Positions 24,952 to 38,922 of a stretch of DNA of 64,000 nt are shown in pieces. The first letter of the stretch is position 1, and each line of letters starts with the position of its first letter. Source of the stretch: Lytechinus pictus (lineage: Eukaryota); the NCBI RefSeq assembly GCF_037042905.1, contig NC_087251.1, positions 36,024,001 through 36,088,000 of the forward strand. Reading direction: 5' to 3'. Position numbers and translations under genes: made by a program. The notes beneath the pieces are model-generated. The model worked only from the letters and a program-made list of their open reading frames with translations. It did not search any database and was not told where the DNA came from.

Positions 24952-25115
24952 CACTGTAAAAAAATGAAGTGCTAATTTAGCACTTACAGTGCTTGCATAG
25001 TGACTGCACTACGAGTGCTGATTTTGTAATTCAAATTTGAACTAAAATATCAGTACTCGTGCAGTCACTATTCAAGCACTGTGAGTGCTAAATTAGCACT
25101 TCATTTTTTACAGTG
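24952..25115. mobile_element. 164-bp palindromic CACTG-type (EnSpm) MITE
   Basis: CACTGTAAAAAAATGAAGTGCTAATTTAGCACT ... AGTGCTAAATTAGCACTTCATTTTTTACAGTG with TA flanks; inverted along essentially its whole length. Confidence 0.9.
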
Positions 25116-27953
25116 TACAAATAAAGACCAATACAAGCAATTTTATGAACAAATGAATTAAGATAATGTATGCAAAGGAGTTACATGACCCAGAAACTCT
25201 TTTTCATTCTTTATTCTTTCTTTTACCTTCTTTCTTTTTTTCTCTTGCTTTTCTTGTCTTTTTCACTACCTGAGAAATTATAGGGGCAATGCCTCTTTCT
25301 CTTGTACCATTAAGCCTGGTTACACTGCATAATTACTTTTTTTTTAATCCACCTTATATGTGTAAATATAGTTTCGCCCATTGTTCAAAGTTATGCCCGG
25401 TTGAAGTGCATTCAAGTAATTTCTAGAGCACATTATTACCCAAAACAAGAATAAACCCAATTTAGTATTCCTATAACCCCCCAACTGCTGGAGGAGGAAG
25501 GGTGGATGGGGGGGGGGGGGGCACTGTAATTACAAGATGGCTACCGTGCTTGTACATACTTGACCATAAACATGTATTTTCCCTTTCGTAATGATTTCCC
25601 TAATTAATGCCTGAAATATTCAATTTTCATGATGAAAGGTGAACAACTGCGTACATCCCCTTTCCCTGGTTTTGGCAATTTTGATACATTTTCCATGGTA
25701 CATGTATACATCACCATGAAACATAACCCACTTGTCATTGTGTACAGCCATGGTGTCCAAATATTTGGCAGTGTCCCCTCCCCTCACCCATGATCAAGGT
25801 ATTTCCACATCTATGTAGGATGTATAATACACTGTTCAATATGGATAATGTAACAGTATTCATTGTAATTAAACATTCTTTATTGCCTAATTTAGTATAA
25901 TTATCTTTTTTTTTTAGTCGCTCCAATAAAAGCGTCACCTTTTTTAATCTCCAGTTTACTTTTAGTGGGCATTTCAGCATAAGTTTTTAAACTCATAGAT
26001 TGGCTAGCATGAGTTTTAGATTGCCAGCTTTTGCAATTTCCATTACAAAAAAAAATTGTACTGGATTTTTTTATCAATTAAAATTTATAAGTAGCCTCAC
26101 AATGAAGAGAAAGAAAGAAAATTATATTGTTTTTATCATGGACCCTACTTTAATAGTAGGCTCCATGGTTTTGTACTGTAGGACATTTGTTCATGGGGGC
26201 GGGGAGTCAGTTGTAAATCTCAGAGGTTCTTCATAAGTGCTTTCATATTACTTTTACACCCGAATGAAATGTGTGTTGTCTTACTGTAAAAAGAGAACGT
26301 GGATAGTTCATCCATAACCCAAACCGCCTCTGGAAAGAATTGATGATAAACGTGAAGAATGAGCAGGGTTAGTAATTAGCAAGCCCCGAGCTTTCAGCGT
26401 AGGCAAGACAACAACCTATCGGCAAACAAGACATAAAAAGTTTGACAGCCAGGCCGGCTTTCCTCCCCCTTTGTCTGATTTGTTGGTCGTAGATGTTATT
26501 AATGGAGGATGTAGAAGTCGTAGCTCTTGCCGTTGAGGTGTGTGAACCTATCCAGGGTTCAACATGGGGTGATAACTGACTATCATCAGTCAACAGGGTT
26601 TCTTCACCCTGTCTGTCCTCACCAGTGACCTCCGACGACCCCTGCGACTCTCTAGCCTACAGTCAGTGACCAGCCAGTGCCCATCTCCGTTACACTGGCA
26701 AAGGCAAGCGGCATCCCGTAACCCATCAAAGCAACGAGGCCATTGACTGTATCTCTTAACCAACATGCTAAAATATACAGGACTGTCCTAGTTTTTCACA
26801 CTTTCTCGCTCCTGGGCCTTTTTCCCACCGTCGTCAAAAGAAATAAAGGAGACCTAGATAGCGAGGAGTCACTTCTCAATCAGGGCATCTCCCGCCGCCG
26901 CTCAACAGCCAGGAGCGGTATACCCCATCTCCCGTTGCTAGACAACCACCACCGCTGCACGCCTCCAATGGGGATCGATGCATTAATACCAAAATCCTGC
27001 CACATCCCAAGGCACTTGGGGGTTTGTGTTTTCATAGATGCAGGGGCCTTTTGACACTCTTCATACCATACAAGTTTCGGTGGAAGAGGGAGATCGCAGG
27101 TCATATTAGCTTACAGGAAAACAATCCCGTCTTAGAATACACAGAATGAAATCAGAGCAATGACCTTATTGCTTCCTTCCTGGTATTGATCTTAGAAGTA
27201 CCTACCTAGCTATCTGCATATTATGAGAAATATTCTGTTCTCATAAAAGAGTTTTATGGGGGAGGGGTCTGAATCTGAAAAAAAAATGCAGTACATATTT
27301 TCCCACTCCTGTTTCTGCCCGATTACATTCACAAGGGCTCAAGCTAGGGCTAGTTTTTACCTGAGGGAGTTGGGGGGTACCATTCGCCCCTATTGATTTT
27401 TTTTACCTGGGAGTGATTTTTTATTTTACACCCATGATCTGGAAGATAGCCCCTGTCCCCCCTTGCTTCAATGGTCTTGGCTTTGTATTTCCAAACTCAT
27501 AAATTTTAATGGTTGCATTAACGAGGACAGTCAAGAGCGCTTTGGTTAATGATTTATTACCATTCTCTCCGTCCCTGGGTTTCACGGTTGCCATAGTAAC
27601 AGGGATATATCAAGTTCTTCACCTGAATAACTTATACTTCTGAATAATTTGTAGTTTGATTGATAAGACTCTATCACACTTTCAGAGAAGAGACATGTGT
27701 TTTGGAGTTTTAGAATCATTCAGGTTTTTCATTTGATGTTGATTTAATAATGAAATGTTAAGATCGCCCCACTGGTTGATGCAATCTTGTTCTTGGAAGA
27801 AAACCCAAAATGAGAACTGGAAACAATGTCATCATAAATTCATTAGAGGTGTTCAAGTCGAAGATCGAAAAGAGCCCCCTATGATACTAGATATCACCGC
27901 GCCCTCTCTTACCTGCTGTATTTTTACTAGTTGGTCCAGCAGTGTATACATCC

Positions 27954-29102
27954 CAGGGTTGTTTGATTTAAATCATGTCGATTTAAATCACTTGATTTTT
28001 TTCAAAAAAATCACTGATTTAAATCAACTTTTATGAAAAAAATTAGTTTTCTCTATTTTCTCTTCTTCTTAACAGATACTTTCAATGTAATCATTTCTGT
28101 TCCACATGCTTTAGAGATACTTTAAAAGAATGATACACCCTCATGGAGTCTGATTTAACACCACTGTTTTATTTTCAAATTGTAAAACAAGCAAAACTGA
28201 TGAAAACAATAAGTTTGTAACGAAGTAATGATAAATAACTCTCTGTATGTACACCAAACTGTTAAATCTTCAATAAAATAATATATAAAATCTACAAAGG
28301 TGCTCAAAGTCCACAACTTGGATACTTTTACAAAACAGCTGAACTACTTGTATGTACCTCCTTCTTGTTACTATTAATACCCATTCTTTCAATTACTTAA
28401 GTTGAAGGCATATGTGTACATTTGATAAGAATTACATGTATTTTTGCATGCTTGTGTATTTTCTTATCAATACCCATACATTCAATTACACAATTTTAAA
28501 GTACACATGTATATTTAATAAGTAAGAATTTAAAAATGGGAAAGTTGCTGGGCAAGTGTTACTGTATGCAGCAATACAACTGCTGTGCTTGCTTGTTCAT
28601 GTAATAGTTTGAAAAACAGCACATCAATGATGTGGTGGACAGTGGTGCTTATCCTACAGGCCTTTAATAATGTCAATTATGTTGGAAATTCTCAAGTTCT
28701 TTGAGTACTTCATGCATTGGAGTAACACTTCGGATGTTTTGAACTGACTGATATAAAAATTTCAAGAGTTTAAATGTATACATAATACATAACATTACTT
28801 GGGCTTCCATAAAATGTACCTCTCTATAATGCAAATAAATAAAAAAAAAAAAAAAAAAATTACCTGTATATAAGTGGATTATTGTGTCAAATAGTACAAT
28901 ACACAATGTTCAAAAGACTACTTGACCACTATTATTGGTGTAAAACAGTTTAAATATAGTTTAAAACTTGTTAAGTGTGACCATTATTTTTCTTTGGAAA
29001 AAAATAAAAAAAATCTGATTTAAATCATAAAAATCCAATTTAAATCAAAATAATCCGATTTTTTTGATTTTTTTAAAAAAATCAAAAAAATCAACAACCC
29101 TG
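27954..29102. mobile_element. Non-autonomous hAT transposon
   Basis: TIRs CAGGGTTGTTTGATTT / AAATCAACAACCCTG, perfect 8-bp TSD ATACATCC, and subterminal GATTTAAATC repeats. Confidence 0.9.
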
Positions 29103-29724
29103 ATACATCCAGATCCAGAAATTGAAATAATAAAAATTCAATGAATCAGTCAAAAGTACAAGAAATTTGCAAGTTCTCTTTTTACATACCATTTTTTTTC
29201 TTCAAATGTATCAAATTCTTTTGTGGCCTAGTAAAGAAGTAAGAATCGCTTTAAAAAAAGGTCACATAGAGCTGCCAATTCGTAGGATTTTTAACAGGAA
29301 AGTGACACTAAATAGGACTATTCCCCTAGAATTTTTTTTTTTGAAAATTATAAGAAAAGTAGGATTTCAGGATTGAAAATAGGATAAAAAGAAATATTTT
29401 TCACAATGAAGGTCCAGTAAAATCACAGTTTCTTAATAAATATTATCCTGATCTAATGAAAGATAGTCATTCAAAACAAAAATTAAGATAATTTCATTGG
29501 ATGGCTTTTCTTATTGGGATACCAGGGTCCTGTATCTTAAGACTTCTTATATACTGTATATTTGCAAATTTCTAAACAAGTTTGCGATCAGCCAATCAAA
29601 TTTATTGATTTCAGTAGCTTAAAACTGTCATTGTACATTTCCGGGCGGTATGTTATATAGCAATAATGAAACAGGTCCCAGAAATATGCCACTTGTTAGA
29701 GGGCCAATATTGCACTTGAGATTT

Positions 29725-29996
29725 AATAATAATGATAATAATATTGAATATTTATATAGCGCTTTATGCTCCTAAGCGCTGCATACTATTACCCGGGCTT
29801 TAGCACGGCTACCCTGATCTGGCGCATCAAGCATTCAAGGACTTCCTTTCTACCGGGTACCCATTTACTACACCTGGGTCGAGAGTGGCAAATGTAGATA
29901 AACGCCTTGCCAAAGGACGCTAGTGCTGCGGTGGGATTTGAACCCTAGACCTTGTGGTTCAAAGTCAGAAGACTTATCCACTGAGCCATAACACCT
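29725..29996 (-). mobile_element. tRNA-derived SINE, apparently full length
   Basis: Minus strand shows A box TGGCTCAGTGG, B box GGTTCAAATCC, a central CCACTCTCGACCCAGGTGT..AAATGGGTACC domain and an (ATT)n tail. AGATTT on both flanks. Confidence 0.85.
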
Positions 29997-31391
29997 AGAT
30001 TTGTTAATGATTGCAATAGTTCTCACCATTCTGGGCCATCCAATATAGTATAAATAACACTAAAAATTATATATAATAGCAAAAGTACCAGAAATCTTTA
30101 AATTGTATTATTTTCAAAGAGAATATGGATCCATGAACAGTCTAGGTCAATTACACAGGGGCTGAGGTCGACTTTGCCCCCTAAATGCTCAACAGAGTCC
30201 TGGAAATCGAAAATTCCCTGGAAAATCCGCATTCCCTGCAATGTTAAAGCTTATCCAATGTTGCAGATTTATGCAGTAGGTTGTGACAAGTAGGCCCTGA
30301 TTTTTTTTTATTTTTAAAAAATCAAGCTTTTGCCTGGATTGTGTGTTATTATGTAAAGCATTGACGCTGAGCTTGAGGTTAGTGTTGATCTGATTCAATC
30401 ATCCATGAGAATGCCTTGAGAACTAGCAGATCAATGTCCCGATCCACAATTGGGCCAAAGTGAGACACTTCCTACACACTCCTGCTCCATTTACACCATT
30501 CCTGATACAGTTATTAACAGAGAAACAATCAAAGTAGTCTACGTTGACCCGCATTCGCCAACCTATTGATCTAGATGCATCTCTGGGATCTTGTCATCAC
30601 TCCACTTCCAAGATCGTGACGCTATAATTTGTCCATGGAGTAGCGTCCATGATTTGTTAAAGCGATGAGAGTTTAATTTGAACAAGAAGCTTAATATAAT
30701 TTGTCAATGTGACGTGATAAATTTTACGGGAAGTTGTGATGTAATATGTTGACACCAAAGAAAAGTGAATAATCAGAAGGGGTGTAGGGCTAGCTGATTT
30801 TTTTAATTATTCTGAAGGCCTATTTTGTTTCAGGTCCAGTTTTTAGGATATCTTACTAGAGGTATTCAGTATGCCTTATAACAGAATTTATGCACTAACA
30901 TAGCACCAATATGAAATATCTTATTTAATGTATTAGATATGCATTGCTGCAACCTATTACAAGGGAGACATATTATTCACACGTGTAGAGAAAAATCAAA
31001 TGATAATGATTTAACATAATTTAACATTTTCACCTAATAAATATTCATGGTGACGTGCAAATATACACTGTTCTCACAAAATATTGCTAAATTTACAATT
31101 CAATAACTTTGTTCTTTGTTATAAGATTTTGATGAAATTTTTTGCATTTTGCTTAGTAAATCTTACTCTAGTTGAATATAAATATTTCTAGCCTGGAGTA
31201 CTCCTTTAATAAGCAATTGGAAGCGAGCAAAGATTGTTGGATTATTTCTCTGCATGCCTGTTACAACACAAGCTTATTAAGCTATCCACCAGCTTGAAAT
31301 TTGTGTTACAGCACTCTGAACCGAGATTCATTTATATTACGATTAGATGCATTAATTGGCCAAAGAAACACTTACTTTGTTTCCTGAATGT

Positions 31392-31889
31392 CCGGGGGGG
31401 GGGGGGGGGGGCAGTCAAATATATTGCTGTACACATGCCTGACCAAAAAAAAATATTCAAAGGGGTGATAATTCAGTTTTGGACGCGGGCCATGCATGCA
31501 CTCGTTAAGGGTATAAAAACATTTTTTTTTTTTAAAGGTTGATTTTGAAAGACTGGTCAAATGTATTTAGAGGGTTTTTTCCAAAGCTTTTATTTTAAAG
31601 ACTAGCCAGACATGTGTAGGGTATGTTTTTTCCCCATGCAAGCTTTTTTACCCGGGGCTTTTTCCTCTGCGTTTCTGAAAAGTGTTCGGGTCCGAGACAA
31701 AACTTGTTTAGGGGTCATATTCTGGCGACAACTTTATAGGGGCCAAAATGTGTAAATGAAGCCTGCGAAAAACTTTTTTACTGGGTTATTTTGCACACAG
31801 AGAAAAACTCGTTTAGGGGGTGTTTGGAAATGATTTGGTCATGCATGTGTACAGCAATACATTTGACTGCCCCCCCCCCCCCCCCCCGG
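31392..31889. mobile_element. CCGG(G)n-terminal MITE with 8-9-bp TSD
   Basis: TIRs CCG(n)GCAGTCAAATATATTGCTGTACACATGC / GCATGTGTACAGCAATACATTTGACTGC(n)GG; CCTGAATGT on both flanks. Confidence 0.9.
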
Positions 31890-32026
31890 CCTGAATGTAA
31901 TTGTAATGACATCAATTCTATTCAGCAGATCGAGCGGAAAGATGTCACCTGTTTAAAAAAAAAAAGAATACAGGGCATCACACTTGAACCTCGTCCCTTC
32001 ACACATACATGCTTATACTAACCCTG

Positions 32027-32256
32027 TAAGGCCCTGTCACATCGTTCTGTGCAAGCCTTGCAGGTGATTGCCTACAACAAATTTTGAGCATGTTTAAAAC
32101 TTTTCCGCATGCAAATCAGACTTGCATGTGCTTCTTTGGGCAACTGCGTGTGGCATACCTGCGAGATACTGTCATTGTGGGCAACCTGCGGGTAGCAAAA
32201 ATAGTTACCGGCAAGTCACACGCAAGGCTTGCACAGAACGATGTGACAGGGCCTTA
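32027..32256. mobile_element. Harbinger-like MITE
   Basis: TAAGGCCCTGTCACATCGTTCTGTGCAAGCCTTGC / GCAAGGCTTGCACAGAACGATGTGACAGGGCCTTA form a perfect inverted pair. Confidence 0.9.
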
Positions 32257-35200
32257 GCGACTGATACACATAAACCCTCACACACCCACATGCCCACACA
32301 CTAACCTTGCAAATATACAGAGATGCAATCTATAAGGCCTATAGGCTGAGTGAAGGCAAGTAATATTGATTATCTCTCATGCGGGGTCAGGTGATAGCTG
32401 GATAGGTGATGAGACCTTTTTACTGTCCTCACTTGCACCTGACAAAAAGGTCTTGTGCTGGTCAATTTTGACATATGGAGCTGGACCTTTACTTTCAGTG
32501 AAGGACTCCTTTTCAGTGCTTTCCAGAAAGGTTGTTACAAGAATATTGAGGACTGCAACCTTTTCATGAACCAATTTCGAGGCTTCATCCTGTTTTTTTT
32601 TTCTTTGCCATTTTAAAATGTTTGAAAAGGTTAAAGAAGTAAGTGATAAATAGCATGTCACCACTTATATGTTTGCTTTTTTTTATTTGGAAAAAAGATG
32701 TGTATGCCCTTTGTGATACAAACATTTTCAGACACTCCATTTACTGTATACATGTGCATTATTTTTATGAGTGATATGTTATTTTTGTTTTATTTCAAAG
32801 ACTCAATACTCCATATAAATAGTTTAATGAAATGAATTTTTTCCATAGAAATTTCTGAAAGTGAGATGGGAAGCAGATTTTGTCATTGATTTTTGGGGGT
32901 TGAAATGTTAATTTAGGGAGAATATGCACTACCAAGGATTAGCGTAATAAGCCAAAAATTTTAAGGGGGCCAGACATAGCATATGGGGCAAGATTTCTAC
33001 AAAGTTGTTAGCAAGCAAAGCAAGTTTAATACAAAAATCAAAATTTTAGAATAGGTTTTGACATGATTATTGATATCCAATGAAATCTTTCACATTTTAC
33101 CCCTTTTCCTTTCCTTTTCTTTCAATTTTATCTCCTTTTGTTTTCTTGGTTGAGAATCTTTAAGGGGTACATGCCCACCAGCCCCCATCTGTTCGCCGAT
33201 GCTTTCAAGAACAAGCTGGAATTAACTCTAGATTTTGTAATTCACCCAAATTGATGTTTTACAATTTATTTCTATTCATGGCTACATAGAACTGTTTTCA
33301 CAGAAATAAAGCAACTGATGATCTTTAGTATTTCATTATGCAAATTAATTTTTTTTTCTACAGTGTTCTGCTTGAAGAATTTAAGAATATGACTACTACA
33401 GATTTAATGTGTAGGATCATCATTGATATATATATATCAATATCAGCCAATATATATATAAATATTGTTACAAAGAATATAATAGTTCTATATACAGGCT
33501 ATTGTACATGTATGAAAAAATATATATTTGAAAGAATTGACGACACATAATAAAGAAAAAAAATATATATAGACCTATATATATAAATAGAAATGTGGGG
33601 AAGAAACATCATTAGCTCTCTCATTTCATATTCTGGTTACAGTAGACATGAAAGCAAAACTTGTCATCCAATTTCACTGAAATTTGTTGATTATTTTTTT
33701 ATTTACTAAGATTTAATATTGAAAAGTGTTGATGATACAGTTCACCCTCTGGTGTATTTTTACCTATTAGGCCTACGTTGTTTTTGGGTGTAGATTTACC
33801 CCCCCCCCCTCCCACCATCAAGGGAAGCATTTTATGAAAGGACTCGTCAGACATTTTATCAGACAGTTTCCATAGTAACTCTTACAGTGCTTCTCTTCCA
33901 ATGAAAATCGAGGAAAGTCGTCAGATCTGACAACTTGTGAAATAAGAAAAATGTTGGTCAAATAAAGTCATGAACCCCAAGTTCCTCTGGATGCTTCAAT
34001 ATGTATTTGACCGTCCCATCTTCAATTGATTACAAATGGAATGCTTGATGTGATTTCGAAGACCTGACAACTAGATATGGAGGGGGGTCATGCATAACTT
34101 TGTTATATACAGTACTTCGATGTATACAGCATTACGCTGAGACACCCCTTTCTGTATAATGGCAGAGTCCATTTTTCTTTCTGCTGTATATGGAGCTGTC
34201 TGCATGAGTCATTCTGCCAGGAATAAAGCTATTCTACAGACACAGACCCCAGTTGAAGAAGAAAAATAATGCATTTAATTGAACAAGAATTCAGCAAAGT
34301 TTATAGATCAGCTTTGAGTCATTCATCATTCATTGATATTGATATTTTTTTTATTAACTGCCAGTGAATGACACAACTTGTCAAACAGATTCTCATGGGG
34401 AAAGTGTATGCACATTAATTTTTTTCACATAGGATATCATTTTGACAAATGGAAAATATATTTGGTGAGGTTTTGTGATTGTGTTGCTGTATTAAATCCA
34501 AACTTAGTGTGGGAATATGTACCCCCCTCCCTCTGATTGCTGCCTTTAGTGTGTACTTTTGTGTTAACAGCAGTAGGTGGAAAAAAATAATAATGATAAG
34601 ACATGATATAATCAATATAATCATTGTACTTCATAAATGAACAATAATTATTCATAAATAGATGAATAATACAAACTGAAAAGATATTAGAAAGGCAATA
34701 AGTTGATGTTCAACTAGGGATTTGGAACAATTTCCGATGATGAGTTAGACCCTTTTAAGTCTGTTGTTCAGACTATCACATCATCAACTAAAACTACCTA
34801 GAGCTGCTTGTGTGCTATCAACGGGAGACACACACTACAGGTGATATCTCCTTGCTCTGTGTGCAGCTGGTGGAATACGTGTATGTACAGTACTCTGATG
34901 AGCTGGGCTTTGAGTTCACAGGACCTTTTTGGTTTTAGCTTAAAGGTAGCCCCTGTACCTCCCCAAAAAGGTCTCAAATAGGTCATTCAGGGCTCTTTCA
35001 GGTCCTGAGATTGCCAGACCTTTCTCTTCATGTGGAAATCATGTTATGCCCTTCATAAAAAGGACGCTGGATGCTCGAAACGAGGCTGTCTCGTAGTGCA
35101 ACCTTTTTCGCGATGATGAAATCAGAAATGTCCTTTTGGTGTAAGAGTCTAAGCAGGCACGTGAGAGGGGTCCAAGTCCCTTCAGCTATTTCATGGCACA

Positions 35201-37093
35201 TTAGTATAAGGCAGTTCAAATGTACATAAATGAATAGATTTTTTATGTCTTCTTCCCATGCAGGCTATATTATTCTATCAGAATGTAAGTCTTTTAATTT
35301 TTTTTTTGAATTTTGAATTTTTTAATTATTATTCCTAATTGTGTGATTTTCTTTGAATGATAATTTTTTTTCACACATTACGGTAATTCTTTAACAGATA
35401 TAAATAAATCAGGTTGGGATGAGAATAGACCCTAGTTTACTGAATGAAATACAATTTATAAAAAAATTGCCTTTACTTTTAATATTTTCATCACCCAAGC
35501 TGCTTTGTAGTGCCTGATATGAGTATAAGTGTCCCTCTCTTTTGATAATCCTACACATTGGATTTTTTTTAGACTTACAGATTACCTTCAGAGGGTTCAG
35601 ATTAATCAAGTGTAGACCTTAATATAGTGTATTACAAACAGAATAATGAGAAAAGAGAGAAAAAAACCCTCTCAATCTGCACGTGGGCACAAATGAATGC
35701 CCTCCCTAATGCCTTCCAAATGCCAGTTCTCGGCCTAAGTCATTCATTTTATAAAAATCTGTAGTATGTCATACATAATGCAAGTCAATTCATACAGAGC
35801 AAAACCTCTAATACAGAAATCTTTCTTTATTTCCATAATGGGTATTTGATTCAATATTTTGGTGGCATGTAGTCTAAACTATGACAATGAATGCTTTTTT
35901 GAAAAAAAATGGAGTCAAATCTACCCAGTATTTGCACTGCCAAGCCATTTTGACGAATCTAAACTGCAATTTATGTTGGATTTAGAAGTCATATGAGTGG
36001 TAGGAAATGTATAAAAAATTTCAGTATTCTGACAGAATTCATAGACTAGTTGTGAATGCGATATCCATTGGAGATGTGGTAAGGCGGGTGCATTTCTACA
36101 TTAGTCTAGTCTATATTTTTAGACCCTGATCAAACAACTAGGGCCTCCTGTGCTTGTTTATGAGTTAGAAGTGATTCATTTTGCTCTTTTCGAAAAGTGG
36201 TCTTCCAAACCAGTTTGGAAAACCACATCATGATGTAGTTTCCAAGACCCCTTTGCCTCTTAATCTGGTTTATACATTAGTGAGGACACGTAAGTGTGTC
36301 CGTGTCATGCATGCATGCTACTCTGTAAACACTGTGTTTAGAATGCCTACGCTACAGTTTCAGAAACCGTGAGAAACATGTGACCTGACTGAGTTCGTTC
36401 TCTCAGCAACAATCTTCAAAACTGGTTTTTCTAAACCGGTTTAAGGGGAACCAATTTAACAAGAAAGTAGATGAGAGCAGGGTCTAATTTTCTCTTTCGT
36501 GAATTAACCCCCCCCCCCCCCCTCCTGATCATAAACTCACTTTTTTTAACATACTGGTTTTAATTGCTGGTGTACTATCATATGAACATGTGAACATAAA
36601 ATGTAAAACAAGAAACAACTTCTCATAGTCCTACATGTAAGTTCATTTAGTATTTAATCATGTAGGCCTACTTTATGTTGTAAAAACTTTAAGTTGAGCC
36701 ACAGATTTTGCATCAAATGATTAGTTTTTTTACAGGTATTAAAACAGTCATTTATTAGATTCTGAATTCCTCCGGGACTTGTAATTTCTTATCAATGAAA
36801 ATGTACGACAGTTTGCCCTTGGCAATTCTATTTCCTTCAGATTGATCAATCAGATCTAGTTCTGGTGCCATCCATAACCCAGTTAAAGTGTGTTTTTCAC
36901 ATGATCCATTGACTTCATTTCCGGGGTACCAGTGTCAATAATGTCCCGCTTTTCCTCCCATCTTAAACCCAGTTAGCGACTACACTGCTCCACTTCCCGA
37001 CCACCACGACCTGATAATAGGGGTGGGAACTAGATCAAGAGGGGGCAGGCATCGGTAAGAGGGGACATTTGATGGCCCGTTACGATCGGTGTC

Positions 37094-37300
37094 GTGGGTT
37101 GTGCTGGGTTTTGCTTTGTGACATGTTATTACCCAACCCAGCCTGTACTCGCACTTAGGGTGTGCTTTAATTTCCACAAGGCGTTGCATGATTTCTCCAT
37201 CTTTGTTGACACATTGCAAAGCTTCGGTGCCCCAACCTACATTCTCCCCCAAGCGGCTATGCTTCTCTGTCCCTCACAAGAACAGGACACCGCCACCCCT
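37094..37300 (+). mobile_element. Highly decayed CR1/L2-type reverse transcriptase fragment
   Basis: RVCFNFHKALHDFSIFVDTLQSFGAP resembles the RT motif 'vfLDFSKAFD.V.H.ILl.KL...G.p'. Confidence 0.4.
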
Positions 37301-38922
37301 GGTAAATGTTTTGCAAATAGTCTGTCTCTGTTCATTTTGGGTGAATCCATTTGAGAGTAGGTGATTGAGGGAATGTTAGTAGTGTAGAATAGTGTTACTC
37401 TCTGGGGCATTTCCATTGGAGAAAGCTTGAGCTTGGTTTTTATGAATCTAACCTACCCTTGTAATAATTAACCGATCCATCCATTCATAGCTGGTTACCT
37501 ATACACACATTGCACACACACAGCATTACCTGCTGTGTCTTCCCCCATGAATTCTGACCTTTTTCCTGCAGTATTCCCGAAGTAAACATTGCCAGCTCAG
37601 TAAACAGATCATTCTATTGTATGAGTAGGGGGTTAATATTTAGTAGACATTTATGATTTTCCATATTGAGATAAAGACTAATACATTTTTTTAATTGATT
37701 GGTTATACAAATTCATTTTTATTGAAACAGGAGGCAAATTATTCTGCTTGTACTTTGAAAATAAACTTATGATACCACTATTTCTTTCGACTTCACCTTT
37801 GGTCATAATAGAACATTCCTATTCAATTGTTTTGCCTGTGGTTATTGATTTCTAAGTGGAGCCACTTACTTACAAAAGGAGTCATAATCACAAAGTTGTT
37901 TGACCTGACAGGATATTGATGTTTGCAATAGGATATAATCTATTTGAGATAAGAATTATTAGAATAGGAACTGGAGGGGCAAATTTTGACCCACATTGGT
38001 TTTCCTCTTTCCCTTCATTTCATTCTGTATTTTACAAGTTATTCTTCCTTCTCTCATTCAGCCATTCATTGCCTTAGGAACCTGTTCATACTTCAGAAGA
38101 TCTTGGTAATGCAAAAACTATGAAATATTGAGGTTTTCATAGAATGTTTTTTGGCCTAAAAAATTGTTTGCTGAAACCATGGACCTATGAAGATATTGAC
38201 GATTAATGCGAGCATATCTTTGATCCAATGATAGTTACCGTCACCTGGCTATGTGCATCTTAATAAGAACATACAGGTGTTGTGACAATAGCAATTACTA
38301 TGACTACCAAGACGTATCTGACCACTTAAAAATGGATCAGTTTCCCGGTCCTAGTTTTGTTGGCTGATACCCTGTTGCAGCATTTGCCTTTCAATCAACA
38401 TGCTTCATATTTGGAGCAGCAAACTTTAGAAGTAGACGATTTCTGTGATATAAAATATGATATAAAATATGATATTTTTTGATCCGGACACTCTCAGACG
38501 CACACAAGGACCTCAATAACATTGACAGATACACAATCTATACACGTAAACACATATACAACATTGAGAGATACACAATCTATACACGATCTATGAATGT
38601 ATATCTGGAAATCTGGAATATTATGGAGAAACTTGGGAAAATAGAATTTTAAATGGTTAACAATCAATTACAAATTTGCCTCTATATTAAAATGTGCAGA
38701 CATTTTCCCAAATAAAACACATTGAACTAAGATTATCAAAGGTAAACAAGAACTGCACATCGATCTTCCATGATTTAAGTCATTTGTTATCAGCTGCACA
38801 TACAATCTGTGAAATATAAAATTTCAATCACAAACTGCTTCAGGCCCTTCTCTCGGTAATGATCATGACCAAAGTAGACAAGTATGAAGAGAATGTTATA
38901 ATGTTATAACAGTGACCAGTTA

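Noticed and set aside
29925..29995. tRNA gene
   Set aside because: It has A and B boxes but continues into a SINE body and tail; no proper cloverleaf seen.
32377..32664. 95-aa minus-strand ORF as a nested exon
   Set aside because: No polypyrimidine acceptor and no recognisable homology; better explained as a motif-rich non-coding module.
34890..34930. Hammerhead ribozyme core (CTGATGAG)
   Set aside because: No stem II followed by GAAA, so the conserved core cannot be completed.
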